A stretch of DNA of 64,000 bases from Octopus vulgaris (GCA_951406725.2 OX597815.1:14384001-14448000); one strand, 5' to 3'; shown: positions 1 to 15,333, counted from the first letter of the stretch. Made by a program: numbers and translations. Notes: generated from the sequence alone by a model not told the origin.

Positions 1-128
1 TATATACACATATATACATATATATACATCTGTATATACATATCTACGTGTATATATGTCTTTATATGTGCATGCATTTATCTGAATATATATTGCACAC
101 TAACATATACAATTCTTTCCTTCTTTTC

Positions 129-211
<83 letters not shown>

Positions 212-225
212 CATATATATGCATA

Positions 226-273
<48 letters not shown>

Positions 274-287
274 CATATATATGCATA

Positions 288-339
<52 letters not shown>

Positions 340-359
340 CATATATATGCATATATATG

Positions 360-414
<55 letters not shown>

Positions 415-461
415 GTATATATGTATATATATGTGTATATATGTATATATATATATATGTA

Positions 462-510
<49 letters not shown>

Positions 511-600
511 ATATGTATATATATATATATATATATACATATATACATATATAAATACATATATATATATATACATATATATACATATATATATATATAT
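1..600. repeat. (TA)n/(TATG) compound microsatellite with a short (TC)n tract
   Basis: Directly visible dinucleotide repeats; source of the YIYI ORFs. Confidence 0.98.
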
Positions 601-1242
601 TCGTTGTTGTAGAAAGCAATATAACATATCCTGCTATTATCCTACAGATATCACACCATTCCAAGCATTTGGACAATAAAAACCGCATGGATTATGTATG
701 AATATCCAACGAATGTTAATATGTGAATCAGCAAAATATACAAAGGGTGCAAGCCTATGCATATTTCATCATTGAATATCCCGCTACATGTGTGTGGATC
801 TATAGGCCCACATACATACTCATGTTAGCACTGGATATAGATATACACATATAAAGACATTGATATACATGTGTATGTAAGTGTGTGTGAGTATTATATC
901 TGCATATACATCCTGGCACACAAATTATATGTATCCCTAAATATATATGCATTTGTGTTGCCTGTGTGTATGTCTGTGTATGTCTGTGTGTCAGGAAGTA
1001 TGAGCTTTAGATTCTTGCTGTTTTTGCATAAAAAAAAAAAATTCTCTGTTACCTGAGCGTCTATTCGTTTCATTTCCGAGAAAAGAAAAGAAAAAAAATT
1101 ACATCTCAACCTGTCAAAACAGCACCTGTCTACCTAGGTGTGAATAGGTACAGAGTAAGTAGTAACAGCTCGTTTCTCTCACATCAGAGCATCTCTGTAT
1201 ACCTGTCAAGTGGTTAAGTGTTGTCAATGTTTTTGTTGTTGT

Positions 1243-1315
<73 letters not shown>

Positions 1316-1449
1316 GGTGGTGGTGATGACGATGATGATGGTGATGGTGGTGATGGAGATGATGATGATGATGGTGGTGGTGGTGATGATTATGATGATG
1401 ATGATGATGATGATGGTGATGATGATAGTGATGATGGTGATGGTGATGG

Positions 1450-1488
<39 letters not shown>

Positions 1489-1798
1489 CGATGATGGTGG
1501 TGGTGGTGATGATGATGGTGATGATGATGGTGATGATGATGATGATGGAGATGATGATGATGATGATGATGATAGTGATGATGGTGATGGTGATGGTGAT
1601 GGTGATGATGGTGATGATGATGATGATGATGATGACGATGATGGTGGTGGTGGTGATGATGATGGTGATGATGATAGTGATGATGGTGATGGTGATGGTG
1701 ATGGTGATGATGGTGATGATGATGATGATGATGATGACGATGATGGTGGTGGTGGTGATGATGATGGTGATGATGATGGTGATGATGATGATGATGGA

Positions 1799-1832
<34 letters not shown>

Positions 1833-2018
1833 GTGATGGTGATGGTGATGGTGATGATGGTGATGATGATGATGATGATGATGACGATGATGGTGGTGGT
1901 GGTGATGATGATGGTGATGATGATGGTGATGATGATGATGATGGAGATGATGATGATGATGATGATGATGACGGTTATGATGGTGACGATGGTGGTGGTG
2001 ATGATGATGATGATGATG
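1243..2018. repeat. (GAT)n/(GGT)n trinucleotide array with higher-order blocks
   Basis: About 775 bp of GAT/GGT/GAC triplets; the block GACGATGATGGTGGTGGTGGTGATG recurs several times. The poly-M ORF is an artefact. Confidence 0.97.
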
Positions 2019-2993
2019 TTAGTGCTTTTATTGCTGATGTTGTTATCGTCGTCTTTATGTAGCTGCCGTTTTGTTCTGACCGATGTACGCAGGAGGCAGG
2101 TAGATTGTCGACGTGACTCGCTCAGTTACGTTATTCATGATATGCCTTTAATTCTACCTGGCATATTCTAAAATACCTTTATTAATCGCACGAGGTGTTA
2201 GCTTGTAGTAATCAATTCAACTCTTTCTGCAGTGGGAGCAATGGAAAACCTCTCTAGTGAAAACTTTGTTCGAATCCCTGCATGAACATCTGTAAAGTGA
2301 CTTTTCATAAATTTGTATCAAAGAGAGGCATAGTTCCATATCTTGGTCCACCCTCTGATATTATCTTACGATTCGATACAGCCTCCATGATATTGGTGAT
2401 GAATCTCCATAATCCATCCATCTAAAATTCATTATCTGCCATACATGCCGGCATTTCGGAGAATATCTGCTAGAAAAACTGATAGACAGATCACCATCGC
2501 TTTACACACCAAGATTATTTAAACATTCACGTAATTCCCGTTATCTTTAATATCTTAGCTATCAGCAAAAACGTGGTTCTTAATTCAGATATTTTTTCAT
2601 CTATAGAACTTGAAATTCCCTTTAACTTAATATATTTTATCACGTTTAATTCCAGTTTTTTTTTTACTTCGAAATTAATAAGAACTTCTACGTTTTCTTG
2701 TACTATAAAAACGAGACATTTGTTTGTCTAAAGAATTCGATTTGAGCCACAAATCTTTAGAAGATACACACACACACACACACGCCCGCACGCATCACAC
2801 AGTGAGGAGAGAGTAACGAGGATAGGCGTATACATATATTAATAGATAGGTAGATAAGTATATACACAGATATAGACATATATACTTTATATATATATTA
2901 GAAGAAATGAGGTACTCAGAAAATCGGATGGTTTCTATTTACAGATATTTATTTGTATAGTACATTTTTTTATACATCATATAACTTAGATCA

Positions 2994-3035
2994 TGTATTA
3001 GCGCTTTCTCCCATTCTAGAGTGGTTTTCAAATCA
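2994..3035 (-). ncRNA. Degenerate type-I hammerhead-like motif (U3:A8 variant)
   Basis: Minus strand GAT-TTGAAAA-CCACTCTAGAATGG-GA-GAAA-GCGC-TA-ATAC; palindromic stem III AGCGCT; stem I weak. Confidence 0.45.
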
Positions 3036-3306
3036 AACTAAGTTCCTGTGTGAAAAGTTTTGACCATTTTATAGTGGTATTGAGTTTGTAGAGGTGGGGA
3101 GGAATATAAGACGGTATAAGAGGGAGATGGATGAGGAGAAAGTAAGAGAGAGAGCATGTGTGGGTGTGTGTGGGTGTGTGTGTGTGTGTGCGTGTGTGTG
3201 CGTGCGTGTGTGTGTGTGTGTTTGTATTTGGAATGAGTGCTAAAGAAAAAGAGTGGAAGGGAGAGGGAAGAAGAAGAAAAGAATTTGTTTTGCTCTGCTG
3301 GACAGC

Positions 3307-3354
<48 letters not shown>

Positions 3355-3384
3355 TTATATCACACACATGCATACGCGCATATA

Positions 3385-3437
<53 letters not shown>

Positions 3438-4176
3438 GCTTGTTCTTGTGTTGAGTTCTAATAATAAAAATTTTACAATATACTGAAGGATGACTCAATA
3501 CTTTTTGTAGGGTACAAACTGATCATTCTTTAACAAGAATAGTACTAAATGTGACTTCGAAGTTTTGCTTGTCTTACATTTGAGTTCATCTTGGCTTTGT
3601 GAATTCTCGGTCAAGTTAACCTTGTATGGGGTAAGCGGAGCTCTCTGGGTTAATAATTAGGTTGTATGGTCAATTATGATGGAGAAGACTTATCGAAAAT
3701 GTCTAGTCATTAAATTTGGGGATTTGCTATTGTTCAGACTTTATTCAAGAATGTAGAACTTCCTAATCAAATGTGTCTATTTAGGTGCATCAGCTTGAGA
3801 TCATGGGAATGGTATTTAGGGATTCAAAAATGAAGGTTGAAGAGTGCTGTTGATCAGTAGATGTGTCAACAGGTAAGTTGTTGCTGATATTATTTAGATT
3901 CTAATAAGAAATTTAACTTTTGTTTTTAGAATTCACAGTTCAGACCAGGTGTGTTTCTTTTCTTTAGTTGTGTCAGATTTTAGGTGATGGAGTTTTAAGT
4001 GTTCACAGAAAAATGTAAATAGTGGTAAGTTTTAAGTTTTAAGTAATAGTGTCTGAATTGCGTTATTGGAGGTTATCAATTAAGTATGTCAGGATGTAGT
4101 TAATATAGAAATTTGTTTATCTTATATTTTAATGTCTACAAATGGACTACTTTTTCTTTTGCCTTTGTTTATAAGT

Positions 4177-4239
<63 letters not shown>

Positions 4240-4241
<2 letters not shown>

Positions 4242-4578
4242 GGTAAAAACCCCCTTCGGTCATGAATGACCATGGGATTGCACCTAGAAAGTTACCCTCC
4301 TAGACACAAGTCCGGGCAAGGTTGTTTATGGAAGACCAGCAGTCGCCCATGCATACCAGCCTCCCCTCTCCACGCCCCCAGTGTTATCCAAGGGAAAGAC
4401 AAAGGTCGATACAGCTTGGCACCAGTGACGTCGCAACTCATTTCTACAGCTGAGTGAACTGGAGCAACGTGAAATAAAGTGCCTTGCTCAAGAACACAAC
4501 ACGCAGCCCGGTCCGGGATTCGAGCTCACAACCTCACGATCGTAAGCTCGACGCTCTAACCACTGAGCCATGCGCCTT

Positions 4579-4579
<1 letters not shown>
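4240..4579 (-). mobile_element. tRNA-derived SINE (family D, V/Meta-like central domain)
   Basis: Minus strand: A box TGGCTCAGTGG, B-box-like GCTCGAATCCC, then GTGTTGTGTTCTTGAGCAAGGCACTT...CACTCAGCTG; inserted in (TA)n; related to 14573-14815. Confidence 0.85.
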
Positions 4580-4661
<82 letters not shown>

Positions 4662-4725
4662 TTATATATACATACACACGTATATATGTATATATATGTA
4701 CGTATGTATGTATGTAAATATATAT

Positions 4726-4761
<36 letters not shown>

Positions 4762-4947
4762 ATGCACGCACACACACATTTATATATATATACAGCGTGT
4801 ATAAGCCTCACTCCCTCTCACTCTCTGTACACTTACACATACACACTTGTATAAACTTTAATTTTAGGGTTACTATAAAAGACGTTTTGGAGTAATAGAA
4901 GAACATTTGCCAATAGTGGGGTGATTCAAAACTAAAAATGTTGTTGT

Positions 4948-5047
4948 TGTTTGTTGCTTCTCGAGCCACGCCTGGCTCATAAGGGCCGGTTTCCCGGTTT
5001 CCTTGGCGTATAGGTTCCCCACTTGAACGGAACGCCGGTCCGTCGCA
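4948..5047 (-). mobile_element. SINE 3' fragment (related to family D copy at 14573)
   Basis: Minus strand TGCGACGGACCGGCG...GGAAACCGGCCCTTATGAGCC...TGGCTCG resembles 14727-14805. Confidence 0.6.
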
Positions 5048-5288
5048 AAAACTAAAAATAGTCTCCAACTTATACGTGAAGAATTAGTTTGATGAGGACT
5101 TCAAATTTCGGCAGATAACTAGTTTCCTTGCATAAGAAATTCCACTAACAGTAATTATTCGTACCTACCTACCTACCTACCTACCTACGCACCTACATGC
5201 ATACATAGAAATACACACGCACATATATAAAAATACCCATACATACATATATGAAACATATACATGAGTTATACATGTGTATATAGGT

Positions 5289-5324
<36 letters not shown>

Positions 5325-5455
5325 GGTACTATTATTCATAGGTACCGCACGCTAGGAGGGACTCTTGCAGTCAAAACTACTAAAATAAACAAATTGTACC
5401 GAATGCAAAACTTCAAAGCAAGTCATTTAAAAACAGAATTACATACCTACATAGA

Positions 5456-5489
<34 letters not shown>

Positions 5490-5540
5490 GAAAAAACGTC
5501 GAGGTAGAAAATTCTTAAATAATTTTATAAAAAAACATTT

Positions 5541-5576
5541 CAGTACCAGTTTCGGTCATTGAGACATTTTCAACTG
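5541..5576 (-). ncRNA. Type-I hammerhead-like motif (U3:A8 variant)
   Basis: Minus strand CAG-TTGAAAA-TGTC-TCAAT-GACC-GAAA-CTGG-TA-CTG: stem I CAG/CTG, stem II GTC/GAC, near-palindromic stem III ACTGGT, UA site. Confidence 0.6.
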
Positions 5577-5792
5577 TAAGTAAGGAAAACAATTAAATTT
5601 GGGAAAAATTAAATGAAAAGTATTTTAAAACAGTCCCAATCTTTGCTATAATCCACAACGAGTCACTTTTAGATCACTTTTAGATCATTTATATATATTA
5701 TTGCTGTTAATATTATCAATTAAAAATATTCACCGCAGATAATATTAACAATAGTATCATCTTACTTCGAATGTAAACATTCGAATATTTTG

Positions 5793-5868
<76 letters not shown>

Positions 5869-5938
5869 CATACGCATATACGTATATATATAATCTTAGA
5901 TCAGTGATTTAGTAAAGACTACACTACTCTGAAATTTT

Positions 5939-6026
<88 letters not shown>

Positions 6027-7354
6027 GAGTGTATTGTTAATCCCAAGGTAGAGTATCAACTTTCTGATCCAAAATTTAGTTATACTAACCACAAGAAAGA
6101 ATCAAAGTCTAAGCATGACCTTAAGATATATAATGGAGACTACACAGAATACTTAATGTAACTCTTTGCAAGAACAAGGCCATGTGGTGCTCACGTGGCC
6201 TTATTCTTGACTGGCGTAAGTATTCTAATAGGTGGTGCTCCAGCGTAACCTTACACGTGAAAGGCTAAAACGAAGTTAAAAATTGTAGTTAGACTGCGAT
6301 TATAAATATTTATTTATGTATGTGTACATCGATCTGTGTGTGGATGTGTGTGTTTATGCGTATGTGTATGCGTGTGCGTGTGCATGTGTGTGTGTATTTA
6401 CTGATCTGTGTATCCACGTTAGTGTGTGTTCATTGTAAATGAACATACGCACAAGCATATATATGGATGTTTGTATTTTTGTGTACATATTCATATATAC
6501 ATATATGCCTCTGTGTATGTATGTATCTATATATGTGTGTGTATGTGTAGGTGTGCATGATTATATATTTGTATATGTAGATAAGTGTGTGCGTGCGCAC
6601 GTAGACTCATATATGGATGCAAATACGTTCCTCTGCACATGTGATTCAATTTTCTATTTCATATTGAAAGAAGATTCCACTTAATGGTGACTCAGAATGA
6701 CTTCTGGGGAATATCACTTTTCTATTGAATATCCCATAAGATCACGCTAGCCAAACGAAGTTAGCAAAGAAAGGAAATAATGCCAGGGTCAAATGCCAAG
6801 CTTCGACCACAATTAAAATATCATTATTCTTTTAAAGTATCGCCCTTTTGCCATTTTTTCTTTTTCCAAAGTGTTGCTGGAATGAAAATCGAAAACATTG
6901 TATACACACAGGAATTTATTCTTCAGCAATATATATTCTCCAGTTGCGTGGGTTACGTTAATATAATCACGTATCGTAGTTTATGTAATATTAAGAAAAT
7001 TGTGTCATTCGCTTCATTGCTTTACGTAATTCGTATGGAGTAGAAAGTTTGCATGGAAAATCAATTAATTCAATGCTTGTATATAGGAACGTGTGTTCGC
7101 TTGTAAAAGTGGGATGCAACATCATTGAATAATATATATTTATATATATATTTATCCGTGTGTGTGAATATGGGTGTATCCGTGTATAAATGTGTAGGTT
7201 TGGTTTTACAAACAGGAGAAATGGAACTATGAGTATAAAGCACAGCATATACAATCTTTCATTGGCTGAAATTTCTACAGAAGTCATCCAAAGTTTTGTA
7301 CCATCCCTTTCGTTCCAAGCCACTTATCCAGTCGATGATGTTGTGTCCGCAATT

Positions 7355-7587
7355 CCTTTTTCTTTATTGACCACAAGGGGCTAAACACATAGAGGACAAA
7401 CAAGGACAGACAAACGGATTAAGTCGATTATATCGACCCCAGTGCATAACTGGTACTTATTTAATCGACCCCGAAAGAATGAAAGGTAAAGTCGACCTCG
7501 GCGGAATTTGAACTCAGAACGTAGCGGCAGACGAAATACTGCTAAGCATTTCTCCCAGCGTGCTAACGTTTCTGCCAGCTCGCCGCC
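7355..7587 (-). mobile_element. tRNA-derived SINE (family A, Nin/Deu-like domain), near full length
   Basis: Minus strand GGCGGCGAGCTGGCAGAAACG...GAGTTCAAATTCC...CCTTTCATTCTTTCGGGGTCGATTAAATAAGTACCAG; matches 27301-27530. Confidence 0.9.
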
Positions 7588-7824
7588 TTTAATTGAACCC
7601 GCAATTCTGTTTACGTTTACACTGATTAAGAAATCGGTGTTGTGTATGTTACGTTTCTTTATGTCTTATAACTTGGAAGGTCAGAAAATAGATAGTGGTA
7701 AAATAAGTAACATACTCTTATATGAATAGGTATCGCTAAGTTCAACTAAAATCTCTGAATACGTTGCCCCAACATGGCGACAGTTTAATGTTCACAATTA
7801 GTAAAAGAATAAACTATATAGACA

Positions 7825-7900
<76 letters not shown>

Positions 7901-8090
7901 CACACCACACACACACACAGATATATATATACATATATATACATATATATATATACATATATATATATATTTATATATATGCGTGTGTGTGTCTATGCGT
8001 ATGTGTGTGTTTACACATACATATATACATATACTTACATAAATATATACATACGCACACACACATGTGTGTGCGTCTTGTGCGCATGTG

Positions 8091-8127
<37 letters not shown>

Positions 8128-8771
8128 ATACTCGGCTTATACATATGTATGCGTGTCTATGTTAGAGGTGGGTCTTCCGCACCGTATCCGTCTCACTACA
8201 CTGCCATGCCTGCATGTCAGCAGTATTTTTCAGTGGAGAGAGAAAAATACATTCAGCTTTTAGAGTTTGAGGCAAGTTCTCATAGATCTTGCTCCATCTG
8301 AGATTGTTGCTTCAAAAACACTCGACGAGAATTCGAAGAATAGAAGACATTTTCTCATATTGCATAATCAAACTGAATATATTTAGATTTTCAAGTGGTT
8401 AGATCAGTATAAGTACAAGACTTCTCCTTGAACAATACTCCAGTGTGTTGCCTAGAATAGCCCCGAGCTGCCGCTGGTGATCATACTTTTAGCTGAATGG
8501 AGTATGTCAACAAGAAATTAATTATCTGGCTCGAGAATGCAGTGCTCCGCTCGGTTCTATAGTCGAAATCACAATGCAATTATCAAAAGTGATAACTCCA
8601 GCAGCTTTATCACTAAAGGAGACGGACAGACAGACAGGCAGACAAATAGACTGACAAACAGATAGACAGGCATATGAATAGATGAACAGATATATAGATA
8701 GATAGATAGAGAGAGAGAGAGACAGACAGACAGACAGGCAGGCAGAGACAGACAGACAGACATATATATAT

Positions 8772-8858
<87 letters not shown>

Positions 8859-9239
8859 CCCAAGAAAATATACAGAAATATTTGCAGTAAAAAATTCCAC
8901 GTCACGCTCCGTTTATAGTGGAGCATACAGTGTGAGTGTACGTTCATGTCTTTGTCTGTGTGTTCCACCATCACCTGTTGACATCTAGCGTTGGTTTGTT
9001 TACGTCTCCGTAACTTAGCAGTTCAGCATAAACGACCGATAGGATAAGTACCAGAGTTTAAAAATATAAGTACCTGGGTGAGTACTTCAATACAACGCTT
9101 TTGTGAACAACGCTTTTGTGAACAGCAAATATCCTTAGGAATGTAGTCTATATGAAGTTATACAATTTGATAGGAAATAAACTAACCGATCCGGTGTTAA
9201 CATGACCATCACTGTGAAAATAATAATTGATAATAATGA

Positions 9240-10005
9240 TCCCATCATCTACCGCCTCTACGAGAAGAAAGCAAATGGATGGAGGAGACTTATAGATGTG
9301 GAAGTCTGCGTGCTCACTGAACATGGGGACTTGCTGAGATATCTAACCCAAAGTGAGGGAGCCTTGTTAGATGCAGTTAGAGATGAGGGTATATTGAAAG
9401 ATAGAAAAAAGTAAAGAACAATGCAAAAAGTACAAGATCGATATGAAGAAACAGTACACAGCCAATTTCATGTAGCCACAGCTGAAGTTGCTGGAGAACA
9501 TATATAAGACTTGTTAAAGAAAGGTACTCCGAAAAAAGAAACTGAGAGCACTACACTGGTAGGGCAAAGCCAAATCTTTGGCTATAAATTGGAGGGTCAA
9601 CCTTAGAAATGAGCAAGTGTCCCCATTGTACTGAATTTGTAACAGATCTGACGAAACCACATCTCCTGTGGTGAACGAATGCCCTTGACTTATCCAAACC
9701 TAGTGTAAGTTGTGACAACACGATGAGGTAGTGAAAGTGCTGCATCGAAAACTGTGTGAACAGCGGAGGTTAGAGAGAGGCAAGACGTGGTATGAGCACG
9801 AACCACAGAGTGACTATATCGGAGACAAACTTGCAAAAGCCTGTGGGATTTCATAATCCAAACAGACCAGCTGCTTGAGCACAGGCTGAACTTAATGGCG
9901 GTGGACTAAGTAAACCACATGTGCTCAATAATTGATGATGCGTTTCCCCTTTGACCCACGAATAAGTTAGGAAGGAAGGTGAAAATATATTCATATACAA
10001 TCCTC
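9240..10005 (+). mobile_element. R4/Dong-like non-LTR retrotransposon 3' fragment (decayed)
   Basis: Broken peptides RLY..ANGWRRL, KKGTPKKETE, WYEHEP, WDFIIQTD, FDPRI match the RLE-type C-terminus and the copy at 53604-54708. Confidence 0.75.
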
Positions 10006-10079
10006 TTACTCGAACTAAAAGAGACTAAAATGTATGTATGTATGTATGTATGTATGTATGTATGTATGTATGTATGTAT

Positions 10080-10497
10080 GTTTCAAAATCCGTCAAAGGG
10101 CGGAGGAACTCTTGAGAGTCAACGGCCATCCAATAAATGTCTTAAGGCTGTATCATGCGCGGGGACATAGAAATAATCGGACTGAATACCCAATCGCGCG
10201 GTTAAACCATTGGGAGTGAAGGACTCCTAGCCTTTGTTAGGGCATCCTTCTAGGAGAAGGTAACTCAGGTAACTGAGATAACTCCGAGATAAAACCTGCG
10301 ACTCAGTGGTTACCGATGATGTTGACTTGTTCTTCTTTTCGGATTATGGCTGTTGTTGCTTAGTGAGTGGGATTGACTCAGTGCACAGCCTTTCCCCACT
10401 TTAAAAGAAATCTTCTTGCACAGGCATTGCATGATAACAACATTGATTAAGCTTCGTGCAGTGGCCATACTCGATAACGAGGGGGCAGCCACCACCA
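10080..10497 (+). mobile_element. Interspersed element with RTE-5'UTR-like motif inserted in (TATG)n
   Basis: Non-microsatellite island flanked by (ATGT)n on both sides; CTAGGAGAAGG..AACTC..ATAAAACC resembles RTE 5' UTRs; similar motif near 61395-61430. Confidence 0.45.
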
Positions 10498-10602
10498 TGT
10501 ATGTATGTGTGCATGTATGTATGTATGTATGTATGTATGTATGTATTATGTATGTGTGTGTGTGTATGTATGTATGTATGTATGTATGTATGTATGTATG
10601 TA

Positions 10603-10637
<35 letters not shown>

Positions 10638-11844
10638 ATGTATGTATGTGCGTGTACCTGAATGCGTGACGATATATGTATGTACATGTATATTTATGTA
10701 TATGTTTCATGTTATTTTTTTCTTTTAGGTAGTTTGATTAATTTTTCTTTAGCTTTAGAAAGGAAAACATTACACTCTAAGTAATATTTTATAATAGTCT
10801 CATCACCTATCAATATGGAACTAGTAGAAGTTTTCTTATTTTCGGCGTCTATAAAGGTATTATGAAAGTATGAAATTCCATTTGCCAACTACAATGTGGC
10901 CAAGAGGTCAATGTCCAAAGGTTTTCAGGTTTAAAAGTTTCTCATTTGAGCCATTTTCAGGGAGGTGTATACAATATATATAGTTTTGTTTAGTTTCAAC
11001 TTAGTGATAAGAAGTTATTCTGGTTCGGAAATTAAAAATGAAAGACGCCGAATTTTCAAACTTATCACATTGTCTCGTCTTTGACACACATCCCCATCCG
11101 GTTCCACATGGAATTAAGCTGTTGAATAAGTGAATATATGTGTCCTATTAAGATCTTGGATTTTACAATAGGATTAGAAAAGATAAGATGCTCACCAACA
11201 GATGTTAATAAGTAATAGCTGCCTAAGCTTGAAATGTCTTTAAAGCTAGCTCGAAATACGCGGATTTTTGCAATTTTCGGTTGGCATTTTGTCACCATTG
11301 ACTGAGTTAAAAGAATTGATCTTTAGTGTTACATTTGCTTATATTTATAAGTTATTTTTTAGCTTATCTCTTGTTATTTCTGCTTGTTTTTTGTTTATAT
11401 TATGAATGGTAAATTCCTTAATTTTCTGTCTGGTACTTTAACTTAATTGAAGTTATTTTCTATAATGAATAGCATCACAGCACGTTTTTGCTCTGTTGGT
11501 TACAAATGAATGTAAATTTGTGTAGTTCTGGCCTTCCTACATTATAAATATAACGAGTGAATTTTCCGTATATATTTTGAGTAGAAATATTGATGTGACC
11601 ATGATGGTCTGGTAATCTGATGAGCTAGCTTTATTTGCACTAAAGTGTAAATATACAGATGTTCTGTAAAATGCCGTCTATATAAATGCAACGATGTACG
11701 TATAAATTCGTTCATACTCAATACTACAAGAAGGTTGCAACCAAGGGAGGGCCATTTTGTCAATAAAATTACGCGCAGTGGGTATTATTCCCCCCCACCC
11801 ACCCAATTTTTATCATTGTTCATCTTGCTAATTATTTTTTTTTT

Positions 11845-11987
11845 GTTTATTGCCCACAGGGGGCTAAACATAGAGGGGACGAACAATGACAGGCAAAGGG
11901 TTTCAGTCGATTACATCGACCCCAGTGCGTAACTGGTACTTATTTAATCGACCACGAAAGGATGAAAGACAAAGTCGACTTCGGCGA
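11845..11987 (-). mobile_element. Family A SINE 3' fragment
   Basis: Matches the 3' half of 7355-7587. Confidence 0.8.
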
Positions 11988-12282
11988 TTACTTTATCAAC
12001 TGTTTTGAGAATTCGCTTCATCGATAAATCAGTTTGCTAGAAGCTTTTTGTTGACATTGGCGACCTCACCAATAATGTAGACTCATCTACTCAAGGTCTT
12101 TCGCAGCAACAAACTGAATCCATTTTTTAATTTTTTTACCTTCCTGCTTATAGACTTTGGATTATGTGTGTATGTAAGCATGTGTGTGCTTTTTAAATCA
12201 GAATGAAACAAAATATGACCAGAACGTGTACTTTTACAGATAAAATGACCTTGACAATGCATACTGATATATTTGTGTGTGT

Positions 12283-12337
<55 letters not shown>

Positions 12338-12782
12338 TCTGTGTGTGTGTACGTGTGTTTGTGTGTGTTTGCGAACGTGAGGCGCAAGTCAGGTGTCATA
12401 TTTTTTTATCTTGCATTTTTGAAAATCTAGTGATAATTTCTAATATACGTACAAGGCCAAATATTGGGTGTGAGATTAGCCGGTTAAAATGACTTGAATG
12501 ACATTTACTTCATCAACTCCGGAAAAGCTTAAGGCTAAGTTGACCTCGCTGGGATTTGAACGCAGAACATAAAAAAAGTACAAAAACAGAACAAGCATCA
12601 CATCACGGGTTTATTGAATTAGTTAAGCAATAGTGTTTTTTTTTTTATATGTAATGGCTCCAGCGTGTACTTGTTTATAACTCCTATAGTGATATAAAAC
12701 GAGTAGTGAAGCAACCAATAGTTATTAACTGACGTATGTGTGTGTGTACGTATATATAAGTATTCATGCGTGTGCGTATGCA

Positions 12783-12946
<164 letters not shown>

Positions 12947-14302
12947 TGTGCGTGTGGGGGGGAATCCATTCTGCCTCTCAAGTGTATAACAGTCGTTTAT
13001 TTGTGTTGATACAATGGAGACCTCTCAAGTGCAATACTTTCTTCGCATTCCTTTATGGTGCTGAACTGCAATAAACAAAAAGGCAACGGGAAGGAAAATA
13101 AAATCCCAAGCATTTAGGGCCGAAGTTCTTCAGCGTCGTTGCTATGCTTACGATAGGCTTTTGTGAAGGAAGTTTCTATTCCCAGTTTAAACCGTCGTGA
13201 ATATTTCACTATCATCCTCTCTCTCTTAAAACCCAAACATTTTTATTCATTTTAGCGATCAGTAAATAAAACACATTTTAGTGAGCAATAAATAAAACAA
13301 CAAGGATCAGAAGAGTCATTCGATCTGTTATATAGGAAAAGCATTTATTGTCTTATATAAAGCCAGATATTAGATTGTGTGATTATATAACTTTAAATGG
13401 CCGGATAGTCATGATTGGGATACCTTTAGTCCGAGATCTGCTCGATCAAGGATGACAAAGAGCTAATAAGACTACAACATTATATATCAAACATTATTTC
13501 ATCCAACATAGAGTAGGTTTTAGATTCAATTTTGAAGAGAAATCATTCACCTTTAGAAAAAAGACAAATACGAGACGACCTAATTCGTATTTATTTTAAA
13601 TCTAAAGCGTTCTTTCTAATCAGAAAGAAATCAATTTATTTATCCAGTGTATGGTATGACCGCCTGGTGGGGAACGAAAAGCGATAGATTGAAGGTATTT
13701 CTATTAATCTGCACATTTATCGTTGTTGTTGTTGTTCTTGTTTCTTCTCCTGTCAACTCTGGTAGAGTAGACCTGTGATCAGAGCTATTCTATCTGTAAT
13801 CATCCGTTCTATTTATCAGACAGAACGTAAATATGTGACTAAATTACCAAATGTGTACGTATATTTTTAAGAGGACAGTGTGTGATTAGACAAGGTTTTC
13901 GCTTCTTATTTCTAGCAGACCGAGGCCCCACTTAGTGTTTTTGATTCGTAGAAGTTTCCTTTGATTCGCCTTATACGCCAGTTATACCCGTTTATACTTA
14001 TGTTCATTGCATCTATTGAAAAAGTCTTCAATACAGTTCTACTGAATATGATTTACTAAATTCTTCATATTTATCCTTTTCACAGTCAGTTGATTCTTGC
14101 AAAGATCGATATGTTTAATTTTCCGTGGAAAACCAAAATGTATCATTGATGTGGAAGGTGCATCAAAGATAACTTGAAACCTAGTTATATTAATTCGAAT
14201 GGAGAATAATCATGTATTTTAGATTTAGAAGTTCAAACTATATCAATGTTCAGATAGTTGCCACTAACTCCATTTAAAAGATATTAGCTGCCGTATATAT
14301 AC

Positions 14303-14353
<51 letters not shown>

Positions 14354-14572
14354 TATGTATGTATTATATGTATAGATATGAATTGCATATATAAATATGT
14401 ACATATATAATGAATATATATGTATATAAATATATACATTACGGGTATATTATATTACATATACGTTGCTAGATTATATTTTTTATATACGTATAAACAC
14501 GCGTGTATGTGTGTGTGTATGTGTGTTTATCAGTTAGTGTTTTTATGTGAGTGTGCATCTGTGTGCGTGTGT

Positions 14573-14815
14573 GGAGGCGCATGGCTTAATGGTCAGGGCG
14601 TTACTTGCAGTCCTAGTCGTAAGGTTGTGGGTTAGATTCCTGCTTCGAGTGAGGCGTTGTGTTCTTGAGCAAATCACTTCATTTCACGTTGCTCCAGTCC
14701 ACTCAGCTGACAAAAATAAGTAATCTTGCGATGGACCAGAACGTGGGGAGGGAATTTATACACCACAGTATCGGAGAAGCTGATCCCATAAACCTGTGGC
14801 TCGGGCGGGACCTTT
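14573..14815 (+). mobile_element. Family D SINE (diverged)
   Basis: GGAGGCGCATGGCTTAATGG head; GTTGTGTTCTTGAGCAAATCACTT...CCACTCAGCTG core shared with 4240-4579. Confidence 0.75.
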
Positions 14816-14945
14816 GACCCTTTTTCTTTACGCGTGTGTGTATATAGAGAGGATTGATAGCTATCGGCGTCATCGCATTCTGAATGTGTGTCTGTATGTG
14901 TGCGTGCGTGTGTTTGTGTGGTGGGGCGAGGTGCGTGCGTGTAAA

Positions 14946-15333
14946 TCTATATATATAAAGCTGAAGTTGTCTGTGTATGGCAGGTTTGGTAGCCTTCAAC
15001 TAACACTATCTCCTTCGAGACCCATCGGCGCAACTTGACCAACATTGAGAGTATGATAGAAGAAGGCTTGCTCCTCATTCCTTAGAAGATAAAATTCAAA
15101 TCGGACCATGTTAAGACCAAAGATTATTTACATCAAAAAGGTGCTTTTTTCTATGAAAATCTCTACTTTTTACGTTTTTTTTACTGCTGTGTCGCCATTT
15201 TTCGGTGTATTTCAACTAAAAAATGTTCACTTAAAGAGAATAACAAGCTACATAATGCAAACTTTTTACTTTGCAAAAATTTCAATTCTAAAGGGTCGAA
15301 ACAAACCCGAGCAACGCCGGGTGATATTGCTAG
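14946..15333 (+). mobile_element. Non-autonomous Helitron (family H1)
   Basis: 5' A|TCTATATATATAAAG; 3' GC hairpin CCCGAGCAACGCCGGG then CTAG|T; no TSD; homologous to 38598-39641. Confidence 0.85.

Noticed and set aside
48-688. Long [16 protein letters not shown] ORFs here and throughout the track
   Set aside because: Stop-free frames produced by microsatellites; no protein-like complexity.
1218-2171. 317-aa Met/Val-rich ORF (superficially reflectin-like Met richness)
   Set aside because: Pure (GAT/GGT)n repeat without reflectin motifs or Tyr/Arg/Pro content.
3455-4180. Possible decayed Penelope N-terminal coding region on the minus strand
   Set aside because: Only a faint SLNTIP resemblance with many stops; not supportable.
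10790-11540. Possible decayed RT on the minus strand
   Set aside because: No recognisable catalytic motif.
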